Under the pieces are notes generated by a model. The model was not told the origin of the DNA, did no database searches, and saw nothing but the letters and a program-made list of their open reading frames with translations. This document shows, in pieces, positions 12,728-24,611 of a DNA stretch of 64,000 nt. Each line of letters begins with the position of its first letter. Position 1 is the first letter of the stretch. A program made the translations under genes and the position numbers. Source of the stretch: Callorhinchus milii (Eukaryota); the NCBI RefSeq assembly GCF_018977255.1, contig NW_024704743.1, positions 44,208,001 through 44,272,000 of the forward strand. The letters are read 5' to 3'.

Positions 12728-13075
12728 AAAGTCCTGTAGTGTATTGGTTAGAGCACTCACCTTGCAAGCGAGAGGACCTGGGCTCAATTCCCGTGCAGGA
12801 CGAAACGTTGGGCAAGTTTCCTTACTCCACATTACTCTGTTTAACAAGCAGTAATTAGGAACCCAGTTGTTAGTCGATTAGTGGATCGCTTTTCCGAGGG
12901 TAATAATTCTTTCTAAAGGATAATAATTTGGTCACTCAATCCACGACTGTTTATGGGACACTGCTGTGTGTAATTGGCTACTGTATTTCGCCCACAAAGT
13001 ATACAGTTAGTTTGAGACATCTCGAAGATGTGATAAGGTGCTATATCAAATGCAAGGATTATTATTATTATTATT
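12728..13075 (+). mobile_element. Full-length tRNA-derived composite SINE nested in a minus-strand Deu-type SINE (~12550-13170)
   Basis: Head GTCCTGTAGTGTATTGGTTAGAGCACTCACCTTGCAAGCGAGAGGACCTGGGCTCAATTCCC (A/B boxes, tRNA-Val/Ala-like), CORE-like TTGGGCAAGTTTCCTTAC, L2-type tail GATAAGGTGCTATATCAAATGCAAGG(ATT)n. Confidence 0.88.
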
Positions 13076-13199
13076 TTCAATTAATTCCATAGGATCTTTC
13101 ATGTGCACCTGAACAACCCACAACCTTCTGATTCAGAGATAAGAGTGCTACTGACTGAGCCAGGCTGACACTTTTTGCTTGTGAAGAAGCATAATATAT

Positions 13200-13620
13200 C
13201 ATAACATTTGATATAGTGAGATGTTATTGAGACTTCTCGAAGTTCTTCACAGGATTTATTGTAAAGTGACTGTGTATTTGTTTGGCAAGCACAGCAGTTA
13301 GTTTGCACACCAAATATCCCACAAACAGCCATGAAGTGAATGACCAATTTTATCGGTGGGATTGGTGGCCGGACACCAGGAAAAACTTTCTTCTCTTTTT
13401 AAATAGTGTCATGAAATCTTTAACATCAATCTGAAGAGGCAAATGGGACCTTGATTTAAAGAATCATCTGAAGGACGGCATCTCTGACAATGCAGCACTT
13501 ACCCAGCAATGTCAGCCTAAACTGTGAATTCAAAGTCCCCAATGTGGAGCTTGAACCCACAAACTTCTGTCTCAGAGTCGTAACTGCCTCTGAGCCTCTG
13601 GTGACTTAGTGAGGCTGACA
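13200..13620 (-). mobile_element. Deu-type SINE
   Basis: CCCACAAACAGCCATGAAGTGAATGACC...CATCTGAAGGACGGCATCTCTGACAATGCAGCAC...GAGCTTGAACCCAC (B box on the minus strand). Confidence 0.8.
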
Positions 13621-15153
13621 CTAATTGGGGAATATTATATATGAGAAGTGTTTCAACTTGAATTGGTGTATCTTAGAGCCACGAAGAACTTAAAGCAGAC
13701 AGCAGACTGTCACATTCTACAAAAATCCATTCACCATGTTGGAGATGAATGTTTGTTTAAAATATGACAGTGGGACTCTTAAACCATGAGGCGACTGCTG
13801 CTGAAATGCATAAACTACACACTTAAGTAATCCATTAACTGAGAACAAATGCCTCTAAACCCTAAAGTGAAGTGGTTTAAATTCAATTAAAATCTTCAGT
13901 TACTGGAGTGTGGAGCAGAACCTGATGCACTCTACTTTCAAGGAATATCATTTGGACTTTAGTTGTTGTCTTATGCTACTTTACAGTGATGATTTTCTTT
14001 AACTGGCTCTTATGAATGGACCTGATGTGTTGTCATGGTGTAAGACAAATCCATGTCTGTACCTGCAAGGAATACGACTGATCTGTTCTTCTCTCTAATT
14101 TAAAGCAATTGGAGTATTTACATTCACCCATTGACTCTAAACCCAACATGATTGTATCACGCTTTACTGGGCTCTACCGTTGAAATTGAGGTCCATGACA
14201 GGCTAAGTCAGGCACTATCTTTTACTCTCATTTCACTTCCATAACCAGAGGAACAAAAAGGTTAAAAACAAGTTGGGGGAAAAAAGTCCTGCTATATTAA
14301 ATGTGAAAGTACAAAATTAAAACAGAATTTTTTTTAAAAAACGGAGCCAGAACGAGTATATGTATTCTAAGTAACAGAATATGTATAATTCCAATAAAGT
14401 TTGTAAGCAATGGGGGGTTTTCTCCCTATTTGATAAATTTATCAAAGTGTAGTGCTGAGCAGGTGACCGACAAAATGTGCAGTAATCAAGCCATAGTAAC
14501 CTGTTGATTTTTTTAAAAAACGGTTTGTTTGAAGTACTGTAATGTTGCTGAGTGAAGGGGGCAAGCAGAAGAGTGGGGAGATAGGGAACCAACAGAGCCT
14601 GGCAAGGCTGGAGTAATGAGCATGTAATTCTTTTTAGAAATTGCTAATTTATTTTCCTGGTATTTACTTAACAAAAAATCCCAAATGCATGCAGAACAAC
14701 AGCCCGCTCATTTAAATCATGTTTTCTCACTTCAAAATGCCGGCCACCAGAAGTTGACCAATTGGCCAAAGAGCTTTCTTCATCCGAACTGATGTTGTGA
14801 TCTTCGCACTACTCTTGAGGGAATCAGTCTGAAGATCACAATGATTTTGTGATCATTCTTCACATGATTTTAGTGGTTTAAACACACACACTCACGCACA
14901 TTTGGGAATCCCTGTAGAAGTGTTCATGTTTGTGCAAAGTGAAACAGAGCATAAATTCTGATCAAAAAGAGACTCAATTTGCAAAAATATTACAAATGCA
15001 TGCTTAAACTGAATTGTTTTGTATGCAAGCACTGAGACAGGATTCAAAATTAACACCAACATACTTGATTAAAGCGGAGTGCATTGAATTAATGTAAAAA
15101 GTAACCACCGTCAGCAGAAACATTTACATGTCATTAAAAAGATTTGCATTATA

Positions 15154-15438
15154 CAGAGCAACCCCATTATAATGCGATCAGATAGGTCCAATCTCTCAGG
15201 TCCACATTATAAGTGAACGTGAGACAATGACCCACTTCCATGTTGTGCATTACAGAACAACGGCAACCTGATCACCCAGAGAGATGGCCAATTTTTAGTA
15301 TGGAAATTCAGCTAGTCAATGCTGGAAGAATTGTGCACAGGACCACACAGTAGACTCACGCCATGGTCTAACTAAGTGTATTTGCAATATGGAGGTGTGG
15401 GGGCTGGGCGGTGGGGGCATTATAATGATGTTGCCCTG
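15154..15438. mobile_element. 285-bp Tc1/mariner-type MITE with TA target duplication
   Basis: TA-CAGAGCAACCCCATTATAATGC ... GCATTATAATGATGTTGCCCTG-TA; the 22-bp TIRs have 3 mismatches. Copy B is at 39902-40186. Confidence 0.85.
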
Positions 15439-15908
15439 TATATTGTACTATGTATTACATAATGTATTATGATAACAGGAAAAAATGTATTCTGTGAAGT
15501 AATAGAATCTGTATTTGATAATATTTAAGAAGATACAATAGTAGTAATAGTCATAATCCTTGCATTTGATATCGTGCCTTATCATGTTGTTGAGCCATCC
15601 CAAAACTGTACTCAATATGTTAGGTTCGCTGAAGTCAGAGGACATTTTTGTCTATCAGGTCTGTCTTTCACACAGAGTTGAATTTTGCGTAAAGGCTGGG
15701 ATGTAGGACAAAGGGTTGAGTGTTTCAGAGGCCCATTCACGTGGTTGCATCTCAACTCAATGGTGGTACTGATAATGTTTAGACACATGATGATTAGAGG
15801 CTAAAAGTGCTCTGGGACGCTACCCCATGTGAAGGCTGCTATATAAATGCAACTCCTTGTTGTTATATCTAAAGTGCTCGATTTCTAAAGTTTGTCAATC
15901 TGTATTAT

Positions 15909-16224
15909 AGAGGCCTGTAGCATAGTGGTTAGCGCAATCGCCTCACAAGCAAAAGGATCTGGGTTTAATTCCTGGATGGGGCAAAATCTTGGGCAAGTTT
16001 CCTTACTCCACAAGACTGGGTGGATCGCTTTCCAGGGTAATGACCCCTTTTTAAAAAAATAATAATTTGATCAGTCAATCCATGACCACTGTATGCATTG
16101 TTTTGTCCACAAAATATACAGTCAGTTCACTGTACGGTGTATTCTGAGAAGAACTTTGATACGTCTTAGTGACAAGGCGCGATATCAAATGCAAGGGTTA
16201 TTATTATTATTATTATTTATTATT
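15909..16224 (+). mobile_element. tRNA-derived composite SINE
   Basis: Head GGCCTGTAGCATAGTGGTTAGCGCAATCGCCTCACAAGCAAAAGGATCTGGGTTTAATTCC resembles tRNA-Val(CAC); (TTA)n tail. Confidence 0.85.
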
Positions 16225-16274
16225 ATGGGAGAAAGGTGTCTGTGCATGGGCAATTTTGTCATTTCTACCATTAG

Positions 16275-17690
16275 CTAAGCTAAGATAAATATACTACATA
16301 GACTTCTGAATAATCTGCAGTTTGTGAAGTGAAGACTTGGGAACTCCAGTGAGCAGGAGTTAGGAGAGTTAAGCCCAGACATAATGAAAGCATGGATGAG
16401 GGTTTCAGCGGCCTGAAAAGAAAGGTAGTGGTGGAGGCGGGCAATATTGAGGAGGTGGGGGAAGGTAGAACAGGTCTTGGCATGGATGTGGGGTTTCAAG
16501 GACAGTTGAGGGTCGAATAAGATAGCAAGGTTCCAAACTAGCTCAGTGAGGTGTAAAGTGCATCCGTGAATAGTGATGCCGTCAGCGCCTGAGGTGAGGA
16601 AGTGCTGACAGAAACCAAGTAGGAGGGCCTCCGTCTTGTCGACATTCAACTGGAGAAAGTTGGCTCTCATCCAGGACTTGATGTCTGTCAGACAATCCGC
16701 CAGGACAGCAGTGGTCCTGGAGTTGAGGGTGGAGGCAGAGATAGAGTTCAGTGTCATTCACATGCATGTGGAAGTTAACCCCATACCTGTGGATGACATC
16801 ACTGAATGGGAGCAAGTAAATATTCAAGAGGAGAAGACAATAGACAAAGCCCCGAGGAATGCCACACCTGACATTGCAAAGGTTAGAGGAAAAGTCTTTA
16901 ATGGATGTAAAGACAAAGATAGAACTATGAAGGTAGAGCTGAGAGGAGAGTAGGTGGAGATGAATAGAATGGGCAACAGTAACGTATGCAGCAGAGAGAT
17001 CGAGAAGGACAAGAAGATGGAGAGAGCTCTGATCACAGAGGGACAGAATGTCATTTGTAACTTTCATTAAGGATGCCTTTGTACTGCGTGTAGCATGGAA
17101 ACCCGATTGGAGGGGTTCATAAAGGGAGTGGCGGGAGAGGAAAGAGTGAAGCTGGGAAGCAACGACTCATTCCAGAATCTTGGAAAGAAAGGGAAGGTTT
17201 GAGATGGGATGGTAGTTAGAGAACAGAGATGGGTCAAATGAAGGTTTTTTGAGGGTGTGGGGTGCTGATGGCTATGGCTGTTTTTAAGGGTGCTGGGAAT
17301 AGTGCCAGTTTGCAGAGAGGCGTTGATGATATTTCTTAGGGAGCTGGACAACAAGGTTGAGCTGGAAAGTTATGAGCGAGGTAGCCCCCTCTCTTCTACT
17401 TTCAGGTCTTGGCTAAAGACCTTTCTTTTCGACTACTCCTTTGGTCACCTTCTTCCCCCTCCCCCTGGCTCGGCCCCGGGATCCATTATTGTGAAGCGCT
17501 CTGAGACGCCGTCCGGGGTGGGGGGCGCTATATAAATCCGAGTTGTTGTTGTAGTGATGGGGTCAAGGGGTGGTGGGTTTCATTCGGAAATCAATGAAGT
17601 GAGAGAAGAGGGGGAGAGGGGGTCAAAAGTGTGGAGGCAGGAATAGGAGAAGGGGAAAAGGGAGGTGGGGAGGGAAAAATACAAACCCCT
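16275..17690 (-). mobile_element. L2 LINE RT region, frameshifted
   Basis: ORFs 17067-17354, 16582-17067 and 16275-16757: LRNIINASLQTGTIP; KVTNDIL...LVLLDLSAAY...CGIPRG...FHMHVNDTELY; CLTDIKSWMRANFLQLNVDKTE. Copy B is at 41023-42439. Confidence 0.92.
17385..17550 (+). mobile_element. Short young L2 3' end inserted antisense into the older L2
   Basis: FRSWLKTFLF followed by GTGAAGCGCTCTGAGACG...GGCGCTATATAAAT...(GTT)n; flanked by a GTAG direct repeat (17381-17384 and 17551-17554). Confidence 0.85.
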
Positions 17691-20600
17691 TTAACCTTTC
17701 AACAGCAACAACAACAACTTGCATATATATGGCACCCTCAAGCAGGACGCTATTCTGCGACCCTCACGCAGGGTAACTTCCCAGAGTGCTTTCAGTCTCT
17801 CGTACTGAACACCAGTGCCACACTTAACTGGTATTAGCTCTTTTTCTTTTGGATTCTTCTCCAGTTGCTTTCATTGCTTGGCAGTTGAACACAGCGTTTA
17901 CTTGGAAGTCTTCTCAATGTCACTGAATTGTTTGTGAACATTATGCCAGCTCCTTTTTTTCAGAAAATTGTGTTAACCCACGAAACAACCTTCTACAAGG
18001 CTTCCCTCCTTGAATTTATTTCAATTCAGATTGATCAATAAAAAGTCACATCTTTTTTGTACATTGTTTCTTCCACTGCTGACCATTGAGTCGGGTCCAT
18101 TTCTGACTTAGTGAATACAGATTTGAATTTTTCTTACTGTCACATTTTAATTCTGACATTAGTTTGACACGGGATCATAATTTCTGTTTCATTCTTGTAC
18201 ACAACTGTAATTATTGCTGGGGGTTTCTGACTGCATAGTAGCAGATTGGAAAATTGTGCACTTGTGGCTTGGTGCTGATTGAAGAAAATAATGTCCAATA
18301 ACTGCATTGATCTGAAAATAAAGCTTTGCATTATATACTGTGTTGTTTAACTTGAATCCCTGATTATGGGATGTTCAATTTTAGTAGCCAAAGGATTACT
18401 GTTAAAATATTATAAAATGTATAAGTCAATAGTTTATCGTTTATGTTTCGCCCCCAAAATATACAGTCACTACACTTTACAGTATATTCTGTGAAGCGCT
18501 TTGAGACACCTTGAAGAGGTGATAAGACACTGTATCAAATGCAAGGATTGTTATTATCATCGCCTTTAGGTAAAACCCAAATATTGGGTTAAATTTAGCT
18601 GGTTAAATTTGCATCTTTAAATGATTTACAATTGCTTAAGGCAGGTTGTATAAAGAACCCCGATGTACCCACAGTTGTGACTTTGCATTTAATAGATCTG
18701 ATTCTAGTGTTCTTTGATTTACCATAAGAGCATTTCTTTTTCTTCTATGGAATTAAAAGCCACACAATAAGTATAAAAGGTTGATTTAACACTTTTGCTC
18801 ATACAAGACTGTTCCATCATTTAGCATGATTTACTGGACTGTACTTGACTAATAGGCATTGTAGGTGATGTAAGTTATGCCTTTGTATAAACAGCCAGAC
18901 ATTCTAACTGTCACATTCATTTCTGTAGAGGACTACTGTGTGCATACAGTATTGCAATCCCTTCTAGGGAATGAAGGGATTTGTGTGAATAATGCCAGAA
19001 CAGCAGCTGAAGGGAAGCGCTAAAATAAATTATTCAATAAAGACTTCATTGTATTGTATTGTAATATAAGAAAATAATCTCATTATATTTATGAACAACA
19101 CTGCAAGCCTTTCATTTATACAGTGGTACTTGGATTTCACATTACCAACTTTTTTCCCATCAATCAGTTAAAAAAAATATTTTCACCCAAATAATGCCAT
19201 GCTTTCTTTTAATGTCCACCGAAATAGGTAGATGGGACCTTAGTTTACCATCTCATCCAAGGTCCACACATCCAACAATGCAGCACACCCCCAGCATCAC
19301 CCACAACCTTCTAACTCAGAAATGAGAGTGCTACCACTGAGTCACATAACATGGCCAGTTCACACCCAGTGATTATTTGAATATGCCAATAATCATTGCA
19401 TCTCTGATAAATGATATAAATTCCAACAGCTCAGCACAGAAAATAAAACATAATGGAAGAAAGGGAAGAAAATAGCAATTTGTATGACTTCCTATGCACT
19501 CATCATGAGACCAGATGGTTTAATAAAAAATAATAAATTGGTCACTCAATCCACGACTGTTTGTGGACACTGCTGTGCGCAATTTGCTGCTATGTTTTAC
19601 CCACAAAATTTGCCTACAGTCAATTCACTTCACAGTATATTCTGTGAAGTGCTTTGAGACCTCTAGAAAACGTGATAAGATGCTACATCAAATGAAAGGA
19701 TTATTATTATTATAAACTAAGAAAATGTGGGCCTACTGGATTGATCTTTCAAAAAGTTCACTTTGTGGATGATCCTTGTGCTGTTAGAATTGGAAAGGCC
19801 TGGTTCTTTGGCCTCCACACAATTGGAGTATGATGAACACTTTCCTGTAAGTCATCTTAATCAATATAACCAATACAAGTGATGGGTATTAAAAGTACAC
19901 TGGCAACAGCAATCATGTTTGGAATGTGTGCATTGACAGATGCATGAGCTGCAGAATTCTAAGTCAGTCACATAAGTGTCCATTTGTCAATGAATAGGAA
20001 CAAATTGCACTATAATGGTTTGCATTAAGATTTGGATCTTAATTTCCCATTTGTGTAGTAATTAGCAGTACCAACGGAAGACACTGTATAATCTATGTTA
20101 AATTATGCAGAAATTACCCTTTTAAATAATCATGCTGTAAGGAAACCAGGAATAATTCAGTGTGAACAAGAAATGGTAAAAAAAACTGTTGAGGCATAGA
20201 TCTTATACAGCACCCTTTAAACACGAGCAGGTACAAATTAGTGCTACACAGCAGAAATAACAATGAGACAAAAGATAGTTTCACACTTCATTGTCGACAT
20301 TTCTGTTCCAAAACATGGTCCCATCCAGCCTAGGTTAGATTGAGAGGGAGAACAGTGCACAATGTAAAAAGTTTTCACCATTGAGGCTGTCACATATTTC
20401 AGAGGAATTCACCACTCCAAACCCTTCCTTGACATGTATGAGAAAGGAATTTGAAGCAGCTGCAAGATCAATGTGTAGAACAGCATGGCTCACATAAAGG
20501 AAGAAATATGTGGTACAGGTCTTGTTTAAGCCTAATCAATATTTAGCATAAATCACAGGTACTTAAAAATCCATCTGGTTGTCCCATACAGCTGCTGGTT

Positions 20601-21091
20601 ATCCAATGCAGAGGCTGTGTGTGACTGATTAAATTCAAAACACTGTCAATACTGGCGGTATTCATCACTATAGTTGTACTTTTTGGTGTCACTGTAAATT
20701 GAACATTGATGTGGTGCTGACTTGAAATATCTATAGTGTAGAACTGAACCATTATTACTTTTTTATCTTTCTGGTTCTCCTGTACTGTTGTCCTTGACTT
20801 GCTACCTTTCCTGAATAGTTTTTGGAAACAATTGTACAAAATCGGGATGTGCTATATGCACTTTTGGAGTCTTTACCATTCTCCTATTAAGGGTACTTTA
20901 AGAAGGTGTGACTAAAGATACCAGACAGATTAAAATGTCAGGGTTGCCATCACAGTTATATCGATGAAGACCCATATGAGCAGGGTAGATTATGATAAAG
21001 ATCTTATCTCACAGAAGGTTAGAACGAAGATCTTGAAGTCAATTTGATGGGGGAAGAGGGTCAAAGAAGCCTAGTAACAATAAGAATTCTT

Positions 21092-21559
21092 ACATGGTAC
21101 CAGGAATGAGGGACTTCAGTTATCAAGAGAGGCTAGAGAAGCTAGGATTATTCTCCTTGGAGCAGAGAACGTTAAGGGGAGATTTAATAGAGGTGTTCAA
21201 AATTATGAGGTGATTCGATAGGATGAACAGGGAGAAATGGTTTCCACTGGTGGGTGGGTCGTAACCAGAGGACACAGATTTAAAATGCTAAAAGAACTAG
21301 AGGGGAGGTGAGGAGAAATTTTTTCACACAGCGAGTTGTTCAGATTTGGAATGCATTGCCTGAAAGGGTGGTGGAAGCTGATTCAATAACAACTTTCAAG
21401 AGAGAAGTAGATAGATATTTGGGGAGGACAAGTTTACAAGGCTATGGGGAGAGCGTGGGAGAGTGGGATTAATTTGGACAGCTCTTTCAAAGAGTCGGCA
21501 TGGACACAATGGGCCAAATGGCCTCCTTCTGTGCTGTATAATTCTATGATTCTATGATT
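21092..21559 (+). mobile_element. CR1 LINE 3' end
   Basis: MVPGMRDFSYQERLEKLGLFSLEQRTLRGDLIEVFKIMR... ending in ATTCTATGATTCTATGATT. Copy B is at 45851-46322. Confidence 0.92.
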
Positions 21560-21968
21560 TGGTAAAGCACTGTTCACATCAGGAGGATGTCCCAAAGTGC
21601 TTCACAAGATATACTGTAAAGTGCAGTGGTTGCATGTTGTGCGGACGAACACGGCAGCCAATTTGGAAACAGAAATGTTCCCCAAGCAGTCATGAAGTGA
21701 ATGACCAATTTTATTTGAAGAATTGTTGGCCAGGACACTAAGAGAAACTCCCTTCCCTTTTCGAATAATGCCATGGGATCTGTAACATCCACTTGAACAT
21801 GCAGACAAGACCTCAGTTGAATGTCACAATGTAGCACACCCACAGCACTGCATACTCACACCTGTCCACAGCATTGGAGTTAGACTATATAAGTTCCAAG
21901 TCCCGACGTGAGGCTTGAACAAACAACCTTCTGCCTCAGTGTCCAAGAGTGCTACCAACTGAACTAGA
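21560..21968 (-). mobile_element. Deu-type SINE
   Basis: GTTGGCCAGGACAC...TGCCATGGGATC...GCTTGAAC...CCTTCTGCCTCAG...AAGAGTGCTACCAACTGA. Confidence 0.8.
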
Positions 21969-22761
21969 TAGAAACACAATGGGAGTGTTGAGGATCTGGA
22001 GTGTGTGGAAGATCAAGCTAGGCAGGCCAGCTTGGAAATTGTTTAAGAAATCAAGACAAGGTGTCAATGCCATGATTGAGGATTTGGGCTGTGATAGGAG
22101 TGAAGTAAAGATGGAGATGAGTGATATTCCAGAGGTGGATCAAAGCAGTAGTAAAAAGATATAAGACTTAAAAGAGAGATAGATGAGTGTCAACAAAATG
22201 GCAAGAATTCACGCTGGCTCCTTGAGCTGGAGAGAGCAATCAGGGAGGTTGAGTTGGAGCCAGAGGCGAGGAAGAGATGCTGTCAGGAACCAAAACCGGA
22301 TAACTAGCATTCGGTTGGAGGAAATAAAAGCTCACCCAGGCAGGCAGTCAGTATTGCAGTGTCCCTGGAGTCAAGTTTGGAAGCAGAAAGGTAGATTTAA
22401 GTGCCATCAGCACATGCATAAAAACTGTAGGCAGAGTTCCCAACATTATTCAACTGTCCAAGTAGTTAATGACTTGGGAGGTTCAAAATAACCATGGAAG
22501 AAGTTGAAGCTTTCCTCTTACGTTTTAGTGAAACTCTTCTCCTTGCCATCACTTGGCAGATGAATGGCATCAAGATGTTGTGCTAAGAATGGTGACGAGT
22601 GGGGGGTCCTGCTTAGGAGTACGCTGGTAATTCATATCCAATACTTAAAGAATCTCTTTATTTAGATTGCAAGATCCCGGTGCCAACTGTCAATTAAATT
22701 TTCTGCAAATTGGCAACCAGTCCTCATGGTCTGTTTGTTGTAATATATGTTAATAATTGTA

Positions 22762-23112
22762 GAGTCCTGTAGCATATAGGTTGGTTAGAGCATTCGGCTC
22801 GCAGACGAACAACCCGGGTTCAATTCCCAGACAGGACGAACACCTTAGGCAAGTTTCCTTAGTCCACACACCTCTGTTTACCTAGCAATAAATAGGATCC
22901 CGGTGTTAGTCGATTGGCGGCTCGGTAATAATCCCTTTAAAAAAATAAGAATAATTTAGTCATTCAATCCACAATTGTTTGAGGGACACTGCTGTGTGCA
23001 ATTGGCTGGCGCAAAATAGTCAATTGACTTTACAGTATATTCTGTGAAACGCTTGGAGACATCTCAATGATGTGATAAGACCCTATATCAAGTGCAATGA
23101 TGATGATTATTA
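22762..23112 (+). mobile_element. tRNA-derived composite SINE
   Basis: GAGTCCTGTAGC...GGTTAGAGCATTCGGCTCGCAG...CCGGGTTCAATTCCC head; same body and tail as the 12728 copy. Confidence 0.85.
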
Positions 23113-23849
23113 TAGCTCTGTATCTAGCACAAAGAGGGTGAGGGAGGTCACATTGCAAATGGAAAGATCAAGCCTAATGACATGATAGCCTTACAGTCAG
23201 CATGTGAAGTTAAATTCTAATCAGTCCCACATTCAGATTCATGGTTCAGTGAGGATGACTTAGTTCTTTTTTACACATCTCATGAGACTAGTCAAACCAG
23301 ACCAAAACAAATGTCATTGTTATTCCAAGTAGTTTTTATTAATTCGTTAACCTTATTAATAAAAGAGCCTCATTAAACTGAAGTAATTTCAAAACTTTTT
23401 TTAAATAAAACTCCCCATTTAAGCTGTCTGAAACTGAAACTAGGGCATTTGAGGAAGGAAAGAAACTGCTTGGTATTGTTTTCCAAACATATGCTCTTGT
23501 TTAAATGCTGCGGGTTATTTTTTAGGGCTGGTTATATCATCAAATAACATATTATTCTATAACTAAAGTATAAAGAATTTTAAAAATTCTCAGTTATTTG
23601 TAAATTTCAGTTGGATCAAGCATGATCAACTCTTGCATTTGATAGAGCATCTATAATGTCAGAACATTTCCAAAACACTTACAACACAATACAAATTTAC
23701 ATAGCGCCTTTCCCATCAGGAGGATGTCCGAAGGTGCTTAACAATACTGACTTGACACCCAAGCTGGGGGTGGGAGCCCAGGGGGGTAGGGAGGGAAAAG
23801 ATGACCGAAAGCACAGTCGAAGTTCATAGTTAATTGTTGTCAGTATAGT

Positions 23850-24187
23850 GCTTACGTGTTTACAGACAACAGCCAGTTTGCACACAGTAAGATCCCAGAG
23901 TCAGCCAAGTGATTGCCTAATTCACCTGGTATTGGCTGAGACACCGGGAGAAACTCCTGTACCTTTTTGAATAGTATTATGGGATGTTTAATGTTCACTT
24001 GAACAGGTCGAGTGGACCTCAGTTTAACATCTTGTCCAAAAGACAGCACCTCCAACAATGCAGAGCTCCTCCAGTACTGCAATGGAGCATTAGCTTAGAC
24101 TGTCAACTCACAAGTTCTCATTTGGAGCTTGAACCCACAACCTTCTGATCCAGAGGCAAGACTGCTACCCATTGAGACAAACTGACA
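23850..24187 (-). mobile_element. Deu-type SINE (with an L2 tail at ~23690-23830)
   Basis: GGACCTCAGTTTAACATCTTGTCCAAAAGACAGCACCTCCAACAATGCAG...GAGCTTGAACCCACAACCTTCTG...GCTACCCATTGAG. Confidence 0.8.
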
Positions 24188-24611
24188 GTATAACAGTAAA
24201 ATTCTTCACTAACTAATGTATTAAGATCTCATTTTTATTTGCCTCTTGAGAAATTACTTTGCCTTTCCCAGCTTCATTTCCCATATTGGAGCAGAAAAGT
24301 AATTTGGGTCATTTATATTAGATTTGGAACTTAACATTCCCTCAAAAAAATATATAGTCACTCAATCCACCACTCTTTGTAGAACACTGATGTGCGCAAT
24401 TGGATGCCGTGTTTCACGCACAGAATATACAAGTCCCTAGACTTTACAATATATCCTGTGAAGCGTTTGAGACATCTCAGCAACGTGATATATCAAATGT
24501 AAGGATTATTATTTATTAACATATGGCAGTAAATGTGCATTAAGTTCCCAACTTCCGAACCTGGAGCTCTCCCTCAGCAGCCGCTACTCTGAGCAGCCAG
24601 ACAGGCAAAAC

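Noticed and set aside
12728..12805. tRNA genes at the SINE heads (also 15909, 22762, 25957, ~11030-11098)
   Set aside because: Cloverleaf pairing is degenerate and each head runs directly into a SINE body and tail.
20543..20839. 98-aa minus-strand ORF in unique sequence
   Set aside because: No recognisable homology, TTG start, and truncated by a stop in copy B (45373-45597).
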